From Amoebophrya sp. A120 (Eukaryota > Protista > Dinoflagellata), in NCBI GenBank assembly GCA_905178155.1, contig CAJINV010000008.1:4179420-4243419 (forward strand): a stretch of 64,000 bases of DNA, read 5' to 3'. A program made the position numbers and the translations under genes. The notes under the pieces were generated by a model. The model was not told where the DNA came from. It did no database searches and saw only the letters and a program-made list of their open reading frames with translations. This document shows, in pieces, positions 12,794 through 26,458 of the stretch (position 1 is its first letter; every line of letters begins with the position of its first letter).

Positions 12794-15700
12794 ATGCCCA
12801 GCGGCGCAGTAAATACGAGACATGGTGGGAGCAAGTCCTCAAACAGCTCCGCCAGAAACCTTGGTGGGCTGTATTTGCTTTGCTTATCTTCCGGGCTAGA
12901 GGACGAGGATGATCCTGTTCCTGCTGTTTTGACGTTCTTTCCGGATAATCAGCATGACCGCGGCTCTTATTATCCTCCAGAAGCGCCCTTGTTGCACGGA
13001 GTCCGACACGGAGATGATGTTGGGAACACAACGCACCCGTCGGATCATGGGCGGAGCACAGAGGAAGCGCAGTCAGTGGAACTACACCGAGTGCCTTCTG
13101 ACAAGAGCCCGCCTACCCCGAGCACGAGCTACTCATCGTCCAAGCAAACCCCGCAAACGCCTGGGTCCTCTGGAGATGGCTCATCAAGGGCAGCACACGC
13201 GCAACCGCACGCGGAGCATCAAGTGGATGAAAGAACTAGGAAGGGAGTGCTGGCGAAGACCCCACTAGTGCACCACCGGCTTATTTATTTCCCATGGTCG
13301 ACGTCCTTCTCCCGCCACTGCCCCACCGCCCTCCTGACCGTGGGATTTTGCAGTCTGCTGTGCACTTCGTACGTGAACTTCAAAACTAGTGGGGCGTTCC
13401 GGCAAGTGGTCGACAACACGAAGACGCTGGAGCTGCGAAAATTCACCAAGCAGTGGGGCAGCTTCTTCCTCCTCGGGTCGGTGTCGTCCTTTCTTCGGAC
13501 CTTCTGCCTGTCGGAGGCGAAGCTGCTGTTTGAGAGAAAACTAAGAGTCCGCGTATTCTCCGAAGTGCTGAGAAACGGACCCCGCTTGCTGGACTTGAAA
13601 GTCGTGAATGAAGCATGTACAGAGGACGTTACAGCAGCCGGAGCCGGAGCAACCGCTGCTTCCACGCATAAAATTCCCCCAGACGAAGTTGTAGATCTTT
13701 CCGCTCGCGACCGCGAGGAAAATGCGCACGAAGATGAACGGGATGAAGAACCGCTGCAGGTGGCTGCGAATAAAGGAGCGCCCGTGGGACCGCGACGAGG
13801 AAGCGAACAGCGAGGCGGGTCCTCATCTTCCCAAAGAACTGCAGGAATCTCTAGCTCCTCGTCGATAATGGCGCAGTTGAGCCTGTTGCACGAGGACGTA
13901 GACACCATCGCGGACTTTTTCACCGCAAAAGCAGCCAACGCAGTGCGGTACACGAGTTCGCTCGTGGGAGGCACATGTGTCGCGTTTTACAACTGCTTCA
14001 CACTCGCGGCGTGGGGGTACTCACAGAGGATGATCACTTGAGGATGATTCACTTAAGTGATGTTAGTCTTAGTGTTAGTTCATTTCTTTTTCAGCTCTTG
14101 CAGTAATTGCTTATCAAAGCCTATTAATTTTTCGGTAAACGTAAATGGAGCACGACACCCACCACGTGGTCGTGGCGGCGCGCGTGGTCCACCTGCATCA
14201 TTTCTGATAACTACAGCTTCCCGCTGTTTTTCGGCATTGGCTATGCCGTTGCCAAGCGAAATTCTGCAAAAACCACGACGAGCGGCAGTGAAAGCAAGAG
14301 CTGCAGCAAAACCGGCGGTCCGTCCGGGCCGCCGCTCCCCGATCCGAAGCAGCACGCGCACGACCGGTTCCAGGCGCAAGCCGTTATTCGGAGCTTCGGG
14401 AAAACGACCCAGCAGACCTTGCAGTACGCAAATTTGCTCTACTCGCTGACACGGGTCGAATCCGCGAAACAGGTGAAGAAGGCGAAGCTGTTCGCCGTGA
14501 TCGATTTGCTCTCGAAGTCCACTCTCATCTCGCTCGCCCTGTTTGGCTCCAAGTTGGTGGAGAAATATCAATTGCAAAAATGTCTGGGTCTGGAAGAATG
14601 CAAGATTTGTGATGCAGGTTTTCCATGACCCATGAGGTCTGGAATGCGAGACCCAGAATGACAGATTCTTTGAGGTCTCTATCATGCCTTTCCTGCGTGA
14701 GAAGCTCCCTCTCAACTTGGTCAAAAGCGGACTCCTTTTGGTACTCACGCAACACAGATTTTTGCATCATTCAGATTTAGCATGACAAGTTCTAATCTTC
14801 CAGACCCAGACACTTTTACATTTGATAAGAAAGAGAAGATCTCCAGCGGACAGCTGGCGCAGTTTCTCGTGGCCAGCAGCATGGCGGCACTGGGGTTCTA
14901 CGGCCTGTTGCAGTTCTTCGACACCGAATTCGCCGAAGCCGTGGTGGCCGGGAACCGGCTGGCTCTGGTGGTTTTGGGCACGTCGGAGAAGTATTCTGAT
15001 GAAGCCGCCTCAACGGAGTCCGAGTTGTCGTCCTCGGGTGCTGTTAAGGAACCTCAAGCTACGTCAAAAAATTCCGTTCGCCCACCAAAGACACAGCGTG
15101 TCGAGACAATGAACTTGCCGCCACACATTCGCATAGTTCAGCCGCCTACTGCAGATGAAGATCAAGCTGTGCTGTCAAACGACCAGAAGTTGGTTCTAAA
15201 AGTCGAGAACCTGAATGTGCGTCTTCTGCGAGGTGGGTCAGCAATAGGACCAACGCCTGGCCCAGTAGACTCAAGTTCACCGAATCCCTCTGCGGGCACT
15301 CCAAACGACGTTGCCGAAGGCAGCCGCAGCCAGCAGAAATCCCAGCATCTCGGTGGTTCCAGTTCTTCTTACCTGTTCCCCCCCGCACAAGGTTTGAGTT
15401 TCGAGCTCAAGGAAGGGGACATTCTGGGTCTGTGTGGAAGATCCGGCTCGGGGAAAACAAGCGTGCTCAACCTCCTCCTCGGCGAGCTCAGTGCGGATGC
15501 TGGAACGGTGACGTTCTTCAACCCGTGTGGGCCGAATATCAGGTTCCATTTGATTGACTGCTCCTCGTACTAAAGCAGTATATTTGATAGAAAACGCAAC
15601 CCTACAGTGGATGCACGAGGGCAGCTCCAGTGTGAAAAAAGGCAGTTGCGACATGCTCATCTGTAGTTGTTCCTGGAGGTTTATACGAAGCTGTTGAAAA

Positions 15701-17116
15701 TTCTTTTTCGTAAAACGAAAATAAGTATATCCTCATGTTCGTCTCTATGCAGGAAAAAAATTTCCCCTGAAATCATTAAAACTACAGGTACGTGCCCCAG
15801 CATACCACGCTGTTCGGCGAGACAGTCCTGGAGAGCATCACTTTTTCTCCGTCGAGGGATTCTTCGGCTGGAACGTCCGCTTCGCCCGCACTCGTCGCGG
15901 CATTGGACCAGTCCTGCGCTACCTCGTTTGTGGATGTTGATGTCAACACTGCTAGCAGTGCAAAAGATAAAGAAGCGGATGATGTTGAAAATAATGTTGA
16001 ACATAGCCCAAACAATAACAAGCCAACTTCGACTACAACAACCCGTCGTGTTGTAAGCACCAGTCGCACGCTATCGTAAGGAAAAATCCCCCCTCCCCAT
16101 ATCAAAAGGAAGTCTCTGATGCTGGATGTGCGTACGCAAATCAGATCTGTCTTGCAGAAAGTGCTTGGCGGCATTTTCTAAGCCTGTTTGAATGTGCAGA
16201 AGGCTAGCAATTAGGCATGACAAACAGGTTTGCAGTAGTCAAAAGCGCATGACAGACTGGCTGTGGAATGCGCCACATTGCTCCCATTACCCTATAGGCA
16301 AGACAGAGGGTATTTGTGACCACAAATCAGCACCACAAATTTCCTTTTCGATATGGGGAGGGGGGATTTTTCCTTTTGATACACGCTGCTGTCCGACCTC
16401 AAGGGCCTCAGCGGCGGTGAGCAGCAACGCCTGGCGGTGGCACGGGCGATTTACGATGTTGACGGAGAAGGGGAACAATTCGCAAATATCAATTTGAAAA
16501 AAGCCCCCAACCCATATCAAATGGGAAATCTGTGATGCAGGATTTGTGTACACAAATGCGCGCAGTCTTGCAAGACGGCATCGCAGCCAGATCCGCAGCC
16601 TACGGAGGGACATTTGGGTCTAGGTGCTTAGCATTACAACAAACGGCTGGCCTCTAGGCCCAACAGCATGCCAAATCGCCTCCATAATGGTGCGGAAGCC
16701 TCTGCGTTTGTCTTCTTGCAAGACAGACGTGATTTGTGGTCTCAAATCAGCAAGACATGCCTTTTTGATATGGGGAGGGGGGGCTTTTCCTCTCAATAGC
16801 AAACGAATCTGCGCCAAGGCCGCAAGATGAAAAGAAGAACCAAATAAAGACGCTCTACCTCTTCGATGAGATCACGTCACACCTGGACTCAGCCACCGAA
16901 ACGCGACTCGCGGAGCAGCTCTTCGGGGGCGACAAGAAGCATGATAAGTCCGCCGCGTCTTTAGGAACAACGACAACTGCCGCAGCTACAATTTTGATAT
17001 CGCACTCGCCCAACGTCTTGCGATTCTGCACCAAGTTTCTGGTCTTGGGAATCGGGTCTGGCCCGCAGCTCCTGCAGGATTTTGCGGAAGTGCAGAGGCT
17101 CATTGATTTGCGCTGA
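12794..17116 (+). CDS. ABC half-transporter (divergent TMD + NBD, ABCB-like)
   Basis: Walker A GRSGSGKT, Q-loop YVPQHTTLF, signature LSGGEQQRLAVARA, Walker B/D-loop LYLFDEITSHLD, H-loop ILISH, and TMD-like ERKLRVRVFSEVL and ISSGQLAQFL. Contiguous only after removing elements 14566-14827, 16072-16381, 16487-16798 and two GT-AG introns. Confidence 0.9.
14566..14827. mobile_element. Introner element, family A
   Basis: TSD agaaa/agaaa; family A TIR; internal body is the reverse complement of that in 31578-31838. Confidence 0.95.
16072..16381. mobile_element. Introner element, family C
   Basis: TSD cacgc/cacgc; TIR tatcgtaaggaaaaatcccccctccccatatc ... gatatggggaggggggatttttccttttgata. Confidence 0.95.
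16487..16798. mobile_element. Introner element, family C
   Basis: TSD gcaaa/gcaaa; family C TIR, right end caata. Confidence 0.92.
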
Positions 17117-17885
17117 TGAAGACACTGCAGCTTCAGGTGTGCTTATTTCCGAATCCTCTGTGCTGGTCAGCGGTCGTCTCGATTTCGTATGATCTACAGC
17201 GTAAGTAGTATTCAAAAGCCAGTACATCGACAGCATGCAAGACCTGCAAGGTGGAGAATAGAGTTCTTACAGCCTCCTGCATTCTTTTTGCATTTCATCT
17301 GGAGGCACGCCTCATCATTCCAGCACAGAGATACAGAACAAGTGAGTGGTTGTGATTAAGTACGTACTCCACCAGACGAACGTAAAGGCCGCACGTCTGA
17401 CCCGAAGACGCCGCGATATAAAGGCATGGTGGGCCGCGGCGCCGGGGTAAGGGAGATGTGTTCAAGTTCAACGCTGAGGGATGCACTTCGCGGGTGTTGA
17501 GTGAACGGAGACGCAAACGAGAAAATGATGGCATTTTTTCCGCAACCACTTTGGAGAAAGAGCGAGGAGCAGCCCGCACGTGTTCCACAACTGTAGTACA
17601 CGAGCGTAAGAAACGCAATGTGGGGCCAAGCTGCGCTAGCATAAAAGTTTTACCTCCTCGGGGTCGGGTCTTTCGCTTTCACAGGTAAATAGGTACATAC
17701 TGACTCCCTCTCTTACCCACCCTCCCAGCAACCTATGTTCCTCCGTCTCGCTTAGCCGGCCGTAATACCAAGTATGTGCAAGCCAGACAAGCTTGCAAGT
17801 CATTCCGTTCGTGAATTTGCCTCTTGATGCGCCACTTGGTGCTTTTAGACCGTGTAACTAAAGTCTACTGAAACTCTCAAAAAAC

Positions 17886-20390
17886 ATGTTTTTGCCTCCT
17901 TCCGAACCGCTGACGAGATCGCTGATGTTGTCCCACCTGCGCCGACCACGATTTCCGCACACAAGAGCGGCGGCCGTACGGGGCCCGACACCTACTACTT
18001 CTTGCGCCAGGATTTTTAATACTGATGAAAATTTTATTACCAGAGATCGTTTTTGCAAGATCGTCTGCGCGCCAACATCTACTTCATGTAGTCCGTACCC
18101 GGCAGTGAACTACACATCACCAACGTGTCGGACACTCAGACATTGGAGCTCCTCAATATCTTCTACGTCGTCAACAAGCAGTTCAAGCTCGAGTTCTTCC
18201 AGTGCAGACGTATCAAAGCCTCTGTTCGAACCCTCCATCTCCGCGGCCAACACCGTGAATCCGATCCGGCGCCTCATCGAACGAACGCAGGTGAAGCCAC
18301 TCGACCCGAGTCTGGAGGTGATCCCGCTCTCCATCGGGGATCCGACGCATTTCGGGAATTTCCGCCCCCCCGACGGCCTCACGGAGAAGATCACAGAGCT
18401 GGCACAATCGCAAAAGTACAACGGCTACCAGCATTCCACGGGGATGGAATCCGTGCGACAGGCGATCGCGGACCGGTTTTCTTCCAAGACGGCACCGATA
18501 ACAGCCGACGACGTGATTCTCACGTCCGGCTGTTCCCACGCACTAGACCTGGCGATTCAGGTCCTGTGCAACCCGGGGGATGTTCTGCTCGTCCCCCAAC
18601 CCGCCTTTCCGCTGTACGAGACCCTGGCGAAAAGTCGGGGTGTGGAGATCGCGCACTATAGGCTGGACCCGGAACGAAATTGGGAGGTGGATTTGACACA
18701 CTTGGATCAGGTCTTGAGCAGCTGCCAAGAAAAACTCCGAATTGCCGCGGCGGAAAGGAAAACTGAGCAAAATGGTGTTACGAACAAGGTCGGCGCGGTG
18801 CTTCTCAACTCGCCGAGCAACCCCTGCGGCAACGTGTTCGGGAAGCGACACCTGAAGGAGCTCACCGTATAACTGTGAAAGACTCCACTTTCATCTTCTT
18901 TGTGATGCAAAATTATACAACCACTTCCGCATCTATCTTCCCTTGAGCCGCTGTTGGCATGACAAATTCCGGAACCTCTACTTCGAACTCTACCTACTGC
19001 AATCCGTGGACAAATTTGTTGTCATGCCAAAGCTACATCAGACACAAGCATTGCGACTGCTGCTACTCGACGTGCCATTCGCATTCAAATCAATGGAGGG
19101 GGTGGAGGTGTTGTGCATCCTCATACATCGCACTGATTTACGAAAAGCACGACGTGCCCATTATCGCCGATGAGATCTACGCGAACATGGCCTTCGATCC
19201 GGCACAGAACGCGATGCTCCACGAGGTAGCTGAACAGCGCGTGCCCTTCCTTTCGGTCGGCGGCATTGCGAAACAGTATATGGTGCCCGGGTGGCGCATG
19301 GGCTGGCTCACAGTGCACGACGACGTAAAGGCGCACCACAGGTTTGAAAAGATCCACAGCGGACTGCAGGACCTCTCCACCCTCATTCTCGGACCGTCGA
19401 CGCTGCAGCAGATGGCGATTCCGTTCCTGTTGCAGGAAATATCGAAGATGAAGAAAAAAACCGTGTTTAGTGTAAGATTGTGGTATAGAAGAGGATGCAG
19501 CACAGTTAGTAAGTAAGTACGCGTTTCATGATGTCTCACATCATTGAAGATGGCCACTTTGTGTAGTGGTATTTCCCGTCTTACCGGGTCCTTAACTGTG
19601 GATTCTCTCCAGACCGGCTTCGTAATGCATGCTGCTAGCTCAAACTAACAGAATGATGCTACACGAATCGACACGACATGTTTTTTTCCTTGATAGAAAA
19701 CGAGCGACGAATACTACGAAAAACATGTTCTGGAGCAGCTCAAGGAAAACGCGGAGACTGTGCAGAAAATTTTAGGAAGTGGTAGCTGCGATTCGCGGCG
19801 CCAGGACGCGGACAAGTCTTCTCCGACGTCAATTGCTTCGACGAAGAAGAAAAAGTACCACTTGCGCGTCATCGAGCCGCAGGGGGCGATGTACGTGTTG
19901 GTGCAGATTCTCGACCCGGAGCACAGTGCCAACAGTACGCAAGGACACCGAGTCGTCGATGACGTCGAGTTCTGCCGTGCCCTATTGCAGGAACAGTCCG
20001 TGTTTGCGCTTCCATATGCCGCTGCACAAATGAATCCACCTCGTCCCCAACATGATCACAGCCTCTGTCAATCTGCCAAGCGCAACAACTTGTGCGGAAC
20101 ACAACAGGTACTACGATTTCGATTTGCGTTCATTTGCATGGTATGTTGATGTTGTGCTACAGGACTATAAGTAATTCCGTATATCTATGGGAGGTATGTT
20201 GGTTGTGGCTTTGCGTTCCGTTCGCAAAATCGAAATGGATCACGGCGAGGGTGTCGTGGGTGATTTTTTTCAACGGCATACTTCGGGGCAATGCTTCAAC
20301 ATTCCTGGGTTTTTCCGCATCGTGCTCTGTCCGCCCCGAGAAAAGCTAGAGGAGGCCTGTTTAAGAATCCAGAAATTTTGCGATGGATGA
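17886..20390 (+). CDS. TAT: Tyrosine aminotransferase (class I PLP-dependent)
   Basis: Motifs IPLSIGDPT, YNGYQHSTG, DVILTSGCSHAL, NSPSNPCG, IIADEIY, GGIAKQYMVPGWRMGW (PLP lysine), PQGAMY, LP|GQCFNIPGFFRIV. Three element-derived introns. Confidence 0.93.
18868..19125. mobile_element. Degenerate introner element
   Basis: Flanks caccg/catcg, ends tata...cata; removing element+5 nt restores the TAT frame. Confidence 0.7.
19440..19695. mobile_element. Degenerate introner element
   Basis: Flanks ggaaa/gaaaa, ends tatc...gata; frame restored. Confidence 0.8.
20015..20280. mobile_element. Degenerate introner element
   Basis: Ends tatgccgctg...caacggcata; flanks ttcca/cttcg; restores LP|GQCF. Confidence 0.75.
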
Positions 20391-21646
20391 GGACAGGAAG
20401 TGCGTAATGTGATTAACCTGAATGTTTTTATCGCAGCAGTACGACATGTACTTAGTAGTTGCCAACAGGCCTCTGGACAGGATGAACATTCGCAATTTTT
20501 GAAAAAAACATCAAAAATGCCACACCTTGCCTTGCTTTGCCGCGTCGTAGTTGCGGCAGCAGGACCAGGAGCCACGAGAACTGAAAGCATAAGTAACTAG
20601 GGATCAGCACCACCAGCATTCTTAAGCTTTAAAAGCTTGAAATTATAGAGAGTCGATGTGAGGAGGAATAAGAATAAGTAGCCTTCACCAAAATCGATTG
20701 CTCGCGAAGATTTTTCGTGCTCTGGTGGCGGTAAAACGTCCTTTCCAACAATGGCACTCCCACTACGTGGTCGTTTCTATAGCGACTGATTGAGCGCACA
20801 TTCGAGAGCTAGAGTGATCTTTGCACAGATGCAATCTATGATCTCAGGCTGGCGCATTGAGCATCATGGGTCGCTTGTTCATCGCCGACAGGTCGAAAAT
20901 CGCACTTCGTTGTAACAAACGCTTGTTCCGTTGACCCTATATGGTGAGTAAACCTAAACATCGAACAAGAGACATAAAGTCTAGATCAAAGGTATTTAAT
21001 AGTACACCACAGCAGCAACGGTAAACGAAAAAAGTTGTTCTTCGCTGCGTCGACATTGTTTGGCGATAGTACTCCTTGATGTGAAAGCAAGCTGTCGCAG
21101 TTGGTTTAGCATTTTGCCTACTTTTCGCTTCGAGCCCACGACGAAGCAGTTCCACCGTCGCGGCTCGTGTGCTGGCCAGCCGGTGCAACACAGCTGGCCT
21201 ATCGCGCAGCGAAAACCCGCGGCTCTCATTAAGATCTCTCGGGCGCAAAAAAGCTTTTCGGCTACTTAACTTCTACGAGACGAAAACTCGGGCGGGGGTT
21301 ACGTTACCTATCCTGGGCGCTGTCACCGACAGGCAGACGAGACGTCCTCTTGTTTGTTCCTGCACCCCATCGGGAAAGCAGCCCCAGTGCGTGCAAGCGC
21401 GATCACCTGGTGGCACCGACAAGGTGCGAAAATCCTTCTTGTCATAGATTGTTGTGGCAAGGAAGTCCGAATCAATCGCGCGTGTTGGTGAAAACGACGA
21501 CTTGTTCGAAGCCGCGGTCGTAGTTGTACCAGTCGCCACAGGCGCCTGATTCATTTCAATCCATTTCGTTGGAGTGCGTCGAGCCCGGCGGCGTCTTCTC
21601 GAGGACAACTTTCTTTTTCGCTCTACCACCGCAAGAGCCTGCTACC

Positions 21647-24600
21647 ATGCCCGGTCCCAAGAGCAAGCGAATAACGCCCAGAAATTTCATTCCGAACGGG
21701 CGACTAAAGGCCTACGCATGGCACGGCAGGACTGAGGACACCTCCATACCCGATCCGCACATAGCAGGACCGGACACGTATCTATTCAAGTCTTGCTGAT
21801 GAATATCACTCACTTACACTGTACAGGAGTCTTGTTCTCGTTCTCGTCCCTGTGTGCCCCTACAGAGTCAGTAAACCGAAGAAGCCTCTTGTTAAATTCT
21901 TTCTGTTTTTGAAATCTAGTGAATGGATCATGGTCTATTCATTGATCAGGGGCCTTTTGAATCCTCGATAGAAATGATCTACTCACGACAGTACCTCCTG
22001 GAACATTGACAACTACCATGCCTGCGACCGTGACAGAAGTAAAAATGTGGAAATTCGAGAACCTCTCCCCGTCACATTTCGAGGAGGAATGGACCCGAAC
22101 GAAGTGCGAGCGTATCATGAATATTTTTTTAGCGCGTTGGTTTGCATCGATCTGTCAGCAGTTCTAATTCTATTTTGGATAAAAGCAAAAATTCCGATCG
22201 TGCTATGGTGCAAGATAGATCCATTTTGTCATGCACACGACAGTGAGGTCAGAGACCACTGATCCTCTGACAATAAAACAGCCACCACCCGTTCAATCTC
22301 GACCCATGCCAGCTCAACAAGGACGTCACACACACCGCGCCATACATGGTCACGACGACCAGAAGGAGGCTGATACCAACCCAAAGCAACCCGGAAGTTC
22401 GAGGTGACAATGCTACTCGTTGATTTTTTAGAACAAGGATTTGTTGGCTCGTCATTTTTCTCCTCTTCATTTTCCTCTTCAAGAGGAAGAACCAAGAATT
22501 TCAATGGCGCCGATGAGCACGTTGCAAACCCAAAAACAACTGCTCTCTTCAGATATGACGGACTGCAGACCGCACCGACAGGGCTCGTTGCACGACATAT
22601 TAGCAACCACCGCGCCGGTGTGGACAGCAATACCAGGCTACACAGGGCACATACGGGGAAAAACTGCGGAGAACGTGTACGATTTCTTCTTGTTTCTTGA
22701 TGTCCCTTGTACGGAAATTTCCACCCGGAGGTGGAGCAACAGTCAGTAAATGACACCTTCTGTAGACTTGCTTCTGTCACGCCTGGGATCTTCACGGTAA
22801 TATCCTTAAACTCAATGAGATGCATTTTCGAACATCGTTTTCTCCGGATAGAAAGATCTTTTTGTGGTTTTCCAAACCAAATTCTGTTCTGGTTCTTCAG
22901 CTATGGGTATGGCCACTCCGTGAGCAACGAGTACGCCGAGGTTGCAATCGACAAAAGGAGAAAACTTATCGCAACGAAAATCTGCATCACTGCGAAGCTT
23001 TGTCGCACGAAATGCTAGTCGTGTGTGTGTGGTGTTGGTCATGAAAGGTCACGTTGCGCGACACGCCGAGCACATCTTCCACAGTGTTTGAATGATTTTT
23101 AAAAACACGTCGCTTCCCTTGTGGCCCCGCCCTAGCTTCAACTTTTGCGACTGCTCAATGTTCGTACACTTAATAACAAGAACCGGTCGCGCAAGACTTG
23201 CAAAAGTTTGTGCCTGAAACTGAAACACAGGCTGAATTACAAGGGCAAAAAAAGAAACGAGGCTGAATGTGCACACGATAAAACCCGGCACAGTGATGCA
23301 GCTTGTTTCCCTTGTCATAAAAGCTACCGAAAACGGGTTTCGCCAATCTACATCGAGCTTCAAAGTGCGGTGTCCACAAGGTAAGAAAAAGCCTTTTTCT
23401 CCACCTTGTGTGAACTAGATAGAACGCTCAAATTTGTAGGATAGATATAAACATTAAAACATTTTCACACCCTCTGCCCGTCATTCACAGTTTCTCTACT
23501 TACTTGAAAAATATAGATGACGACGATCACACAGGAACATGGCAAGACCAGGCCTATCGGCACTGGGTCCCAGCAACGCATGGCATGACTCATCAGGAAG
23601 GGCCGCCGTACGGAAATGGCACAGTGTACTTACTCATTTAAATATAGAAAGCGTCGATCCATCGTTTTCTATTGTGACAGTGACAGCATCCATCTCATGA
23701 TACTAAAAAGGAATCAGCTGATGTTCTGTGCCGAAATTATATGCATCATTTTTCGCTAGCCCTAGCGAGAACAACTATGATCTTCTTTTAGACTGGTAGT
23801 GTACAACAGCACACAACTTCTGCAGGCACCGGCAGCGGCTCCGCGTTGCCGAACAGATGAAGCTGAACCAAAGTGAGGATCGATACAACCACGCCACGAC
23901 AGAAGTCCAGACCTGGGCGGCGAACAAGCCGAACGAGACCCGGGGGCACAACTATCAATTGCAAAAATGTCTGGGTCTAGAAGGTTGAAGCTTGTGATGC
24001 GCATTTCAGAACACAGAAAAATCTCTCATGCATAGGCAGCAAAGGTTGCCCACTTTCTGTCACTAAAATCAGGGATTTGTCATGCGGATTCGGCATTGCG
24101 AACACTTATCGAAACCTGTGATGCTAGAGCTTCCATGCCAGATCTGCTGTGTCATGCAAAAACAGCATGACTCTTCCAGACCCAGACACTTTTACACTTG
24201 ATAACAACGGCTGGCGAGCAAGTATCCGCGGCTACGGGGGCTGGAAGCCTAAATGGAAGGAAGACTATCATGCGAAAAAACGTCCCCACCCCAGAGTTGT
24301 CATGCAAATCTGCATGCGAGAAAAGTTTTTCATGCTTAGCCCCATGAGAAGCAATTCCTAGTCGTGCTTTGGAATTTGTGATGCTATAATCAGCATGATG
24401 CGCTACATCTGTGATGCTTCTGAACTACCTAAACAGGACTCCACTACGAGGGCAGACTTGTCATGCGAAACAGCCCAAGCTGGTTGATTTGTCTAGCAGA
24501 TTTCCCATCTTGACTCTGATGTGGGGACGTTTTTACTTAGGATAAAGACAAAGATTTGTTCTACCAGCCGCAGTTGGGAAAGGTATAGATACCTTAGGGA

Positions 24601-25007
24601 GCTCCACCTGCTTGGGCCGTGATTTGATACGGCCGTGTTGAGTGCAATGTGCGATCGTCGTGTTCCATGATGACAGATTCTCGGGTTTGCGGATGTATGT
24701 TGGTGCATCTCGTGTTTTTTTCCGACCAGCATCAGAGATGCGATTGATGCTTCTTTCACAAAGACACCACTGTGCGTGGAGCCGAGAATAATATTTACAT
24801 GCAAAGATGACCACTATGACATTCTTCAGCTTTTTAGACCATTGCAATTTCAAAATCGAATAAAAGGTTTATCCGCCCTACTACCCGGAAGTCACGCGAT
24901 ATTCCACCATCCTGCAGCCAAACGAGACGCCGCGGGACCTGAACATCATCCAAGCGCCACCCAGTTCCAGGACAGAAAACGGAAGCTCGTCCTCTAGCAG
25001 GAAATAA
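21647..25007 (+). CDS. Putative axonemal microtubule-inner protein, FAM166/CIMIP2-like (PGYxG repeats), many small exons
   Basis: Exons encode IPGYTGHIRGKTAENV|YGYG and IRGYGGWKPKW. Linked in frame by GT-AG introns, elements 23953-24203 and 24266-24544, and one direct-repeat intron (22972-23355). Last-exon choice is uncertain. Confidence 0.55.
23953..24203. mobile_element. Introner element, family A
   Basis: TSD acaac/acaac; family A TIR. Confidence 0.93.
24266..24544. mobile_element. Introner element, family B
   Basis: TSD aagac/aagac; family B TIR. Confidence 0.93.
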
Positions 25008-26458
25008 GTAACTTTTGGGTGGTTGCTGCTGGTCCTTCTGAAAAATATCAATCAATTTTCTTGTACCAGCTCCGTCGTGATTGATTTTTTCGCACTTCAG
25101 CATGCAGTGCCACAACTGCATCATGAATCACTGCAAAATCTATAAACCTCCAACAACTTCGATTGCAATTGCACCTATCTAAGATGACTTGTAGAATTAC
25201 AGTTTGTTTCATTTTCGATCACACCGCGACGAGAATAGTCAGTCCAGGACAACAGCTCTCAAATGTCATCAAATGTACCAAATTTCAACAAACTTGTTTT
25301 GTGCTTCTTCTTTTGTTTTCAACTTGTATTTAACTTTCCAACTTGTTCTGGAGGTGTCACGTCGTTTTCGTGCTTTTAATCCGCACGGCACTAGAAGCCT
25401 ATCTTACGTGCTGGTGGTACCATCAGCGCTGTAACGAGAAGGATGAACAACGACAAATGAAAATCTTCATACTCGATACCAAAACTCGTTCGTCAGAGAA
25501 AAATGTTAACACTTTTATCCTTATCGAACAATCGTCGCGATGAAATAAAACCGAATAATTGCCAGGGACACTCTATTTCGGACTGGCTGCGTTGGAAACC
25601 TGGCGGCACAGCTACCTCGGAAAGAAGAACTTCTCAATTACGTGTACAATTTGGCCAAGATTACATCACAATCTATTTCTATCATCAAAGAGCATAACTG
25701 GAGTCTCTTTATTTGCAGCGTGTACCCACAACACGCGTGCATCTATGCGTGAACGGCTCAGAGAGGGTCGTAAGAACGGTTTCAGTTCAGCGCGTTGTAG
25801 TTGAGGTGTTTGTTTATAGCTTTTCAGAGTTTGGCCGCTTTTGATATCAACGACTGTATGTTCGGTCGTGGTCGTCTATGTCGCGTCCGAAAAAATCGTT
25901 CTGTCGGCCGAAGCCTCTGCTTTGTTACAGTTTTCGTCCGGAGCAGCGCAAACGTGGCTACTTTTATCTCAACCCGCAGCTCCGATAGGAGCAAGTCGGT
26001 TTTTCTTTTCTACGTACTTGCCTAAGGAGAGATTCTCCGAAATAAATATACCATTGTGGGAGCGTCGAAGATGCAGCTTCTGCTTTTTTCCAATGCACTT
26101 TGGATAAAGACTTTGCGCTCCGAAGAAGTGCGCGCGACGAGGATAAGAAAAAACGGCTTGCATGAGCGAGACTCGGTGGATCACGTTGCTTTTGTGGGGC
26201 GACGCGATGGAGTTCAGCGACATCATGTTTGTATTCTCCTAACTTGTTGAGTTTCTGTTTCAGTTTCTGGAGAAATCAAGGACAGCTTGTTGCAGTCTGA
26301 GCCGACTCGTCAAAAGACTTTATCTAAAGGCAAGAAGTTGCCATGTGCAGCAGCTATTCTCAATCTCTTTACTCCTAGAAAGCTCCTGCCACATACGCTC
26401 GACAGAAGTGGTGCGCCAGTGCCTCCCCGATGAACTGCCAAAACGCAGGGTAATAAAC

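Noticed and set aside
1340-20390. Genes are pseudogenes disrupted by MITE insertions
   Set aside because: Catalytic motifs and frames are intact around insertions of clearly different ages, including in importin-alpha. Not formally excluded without RNA data.
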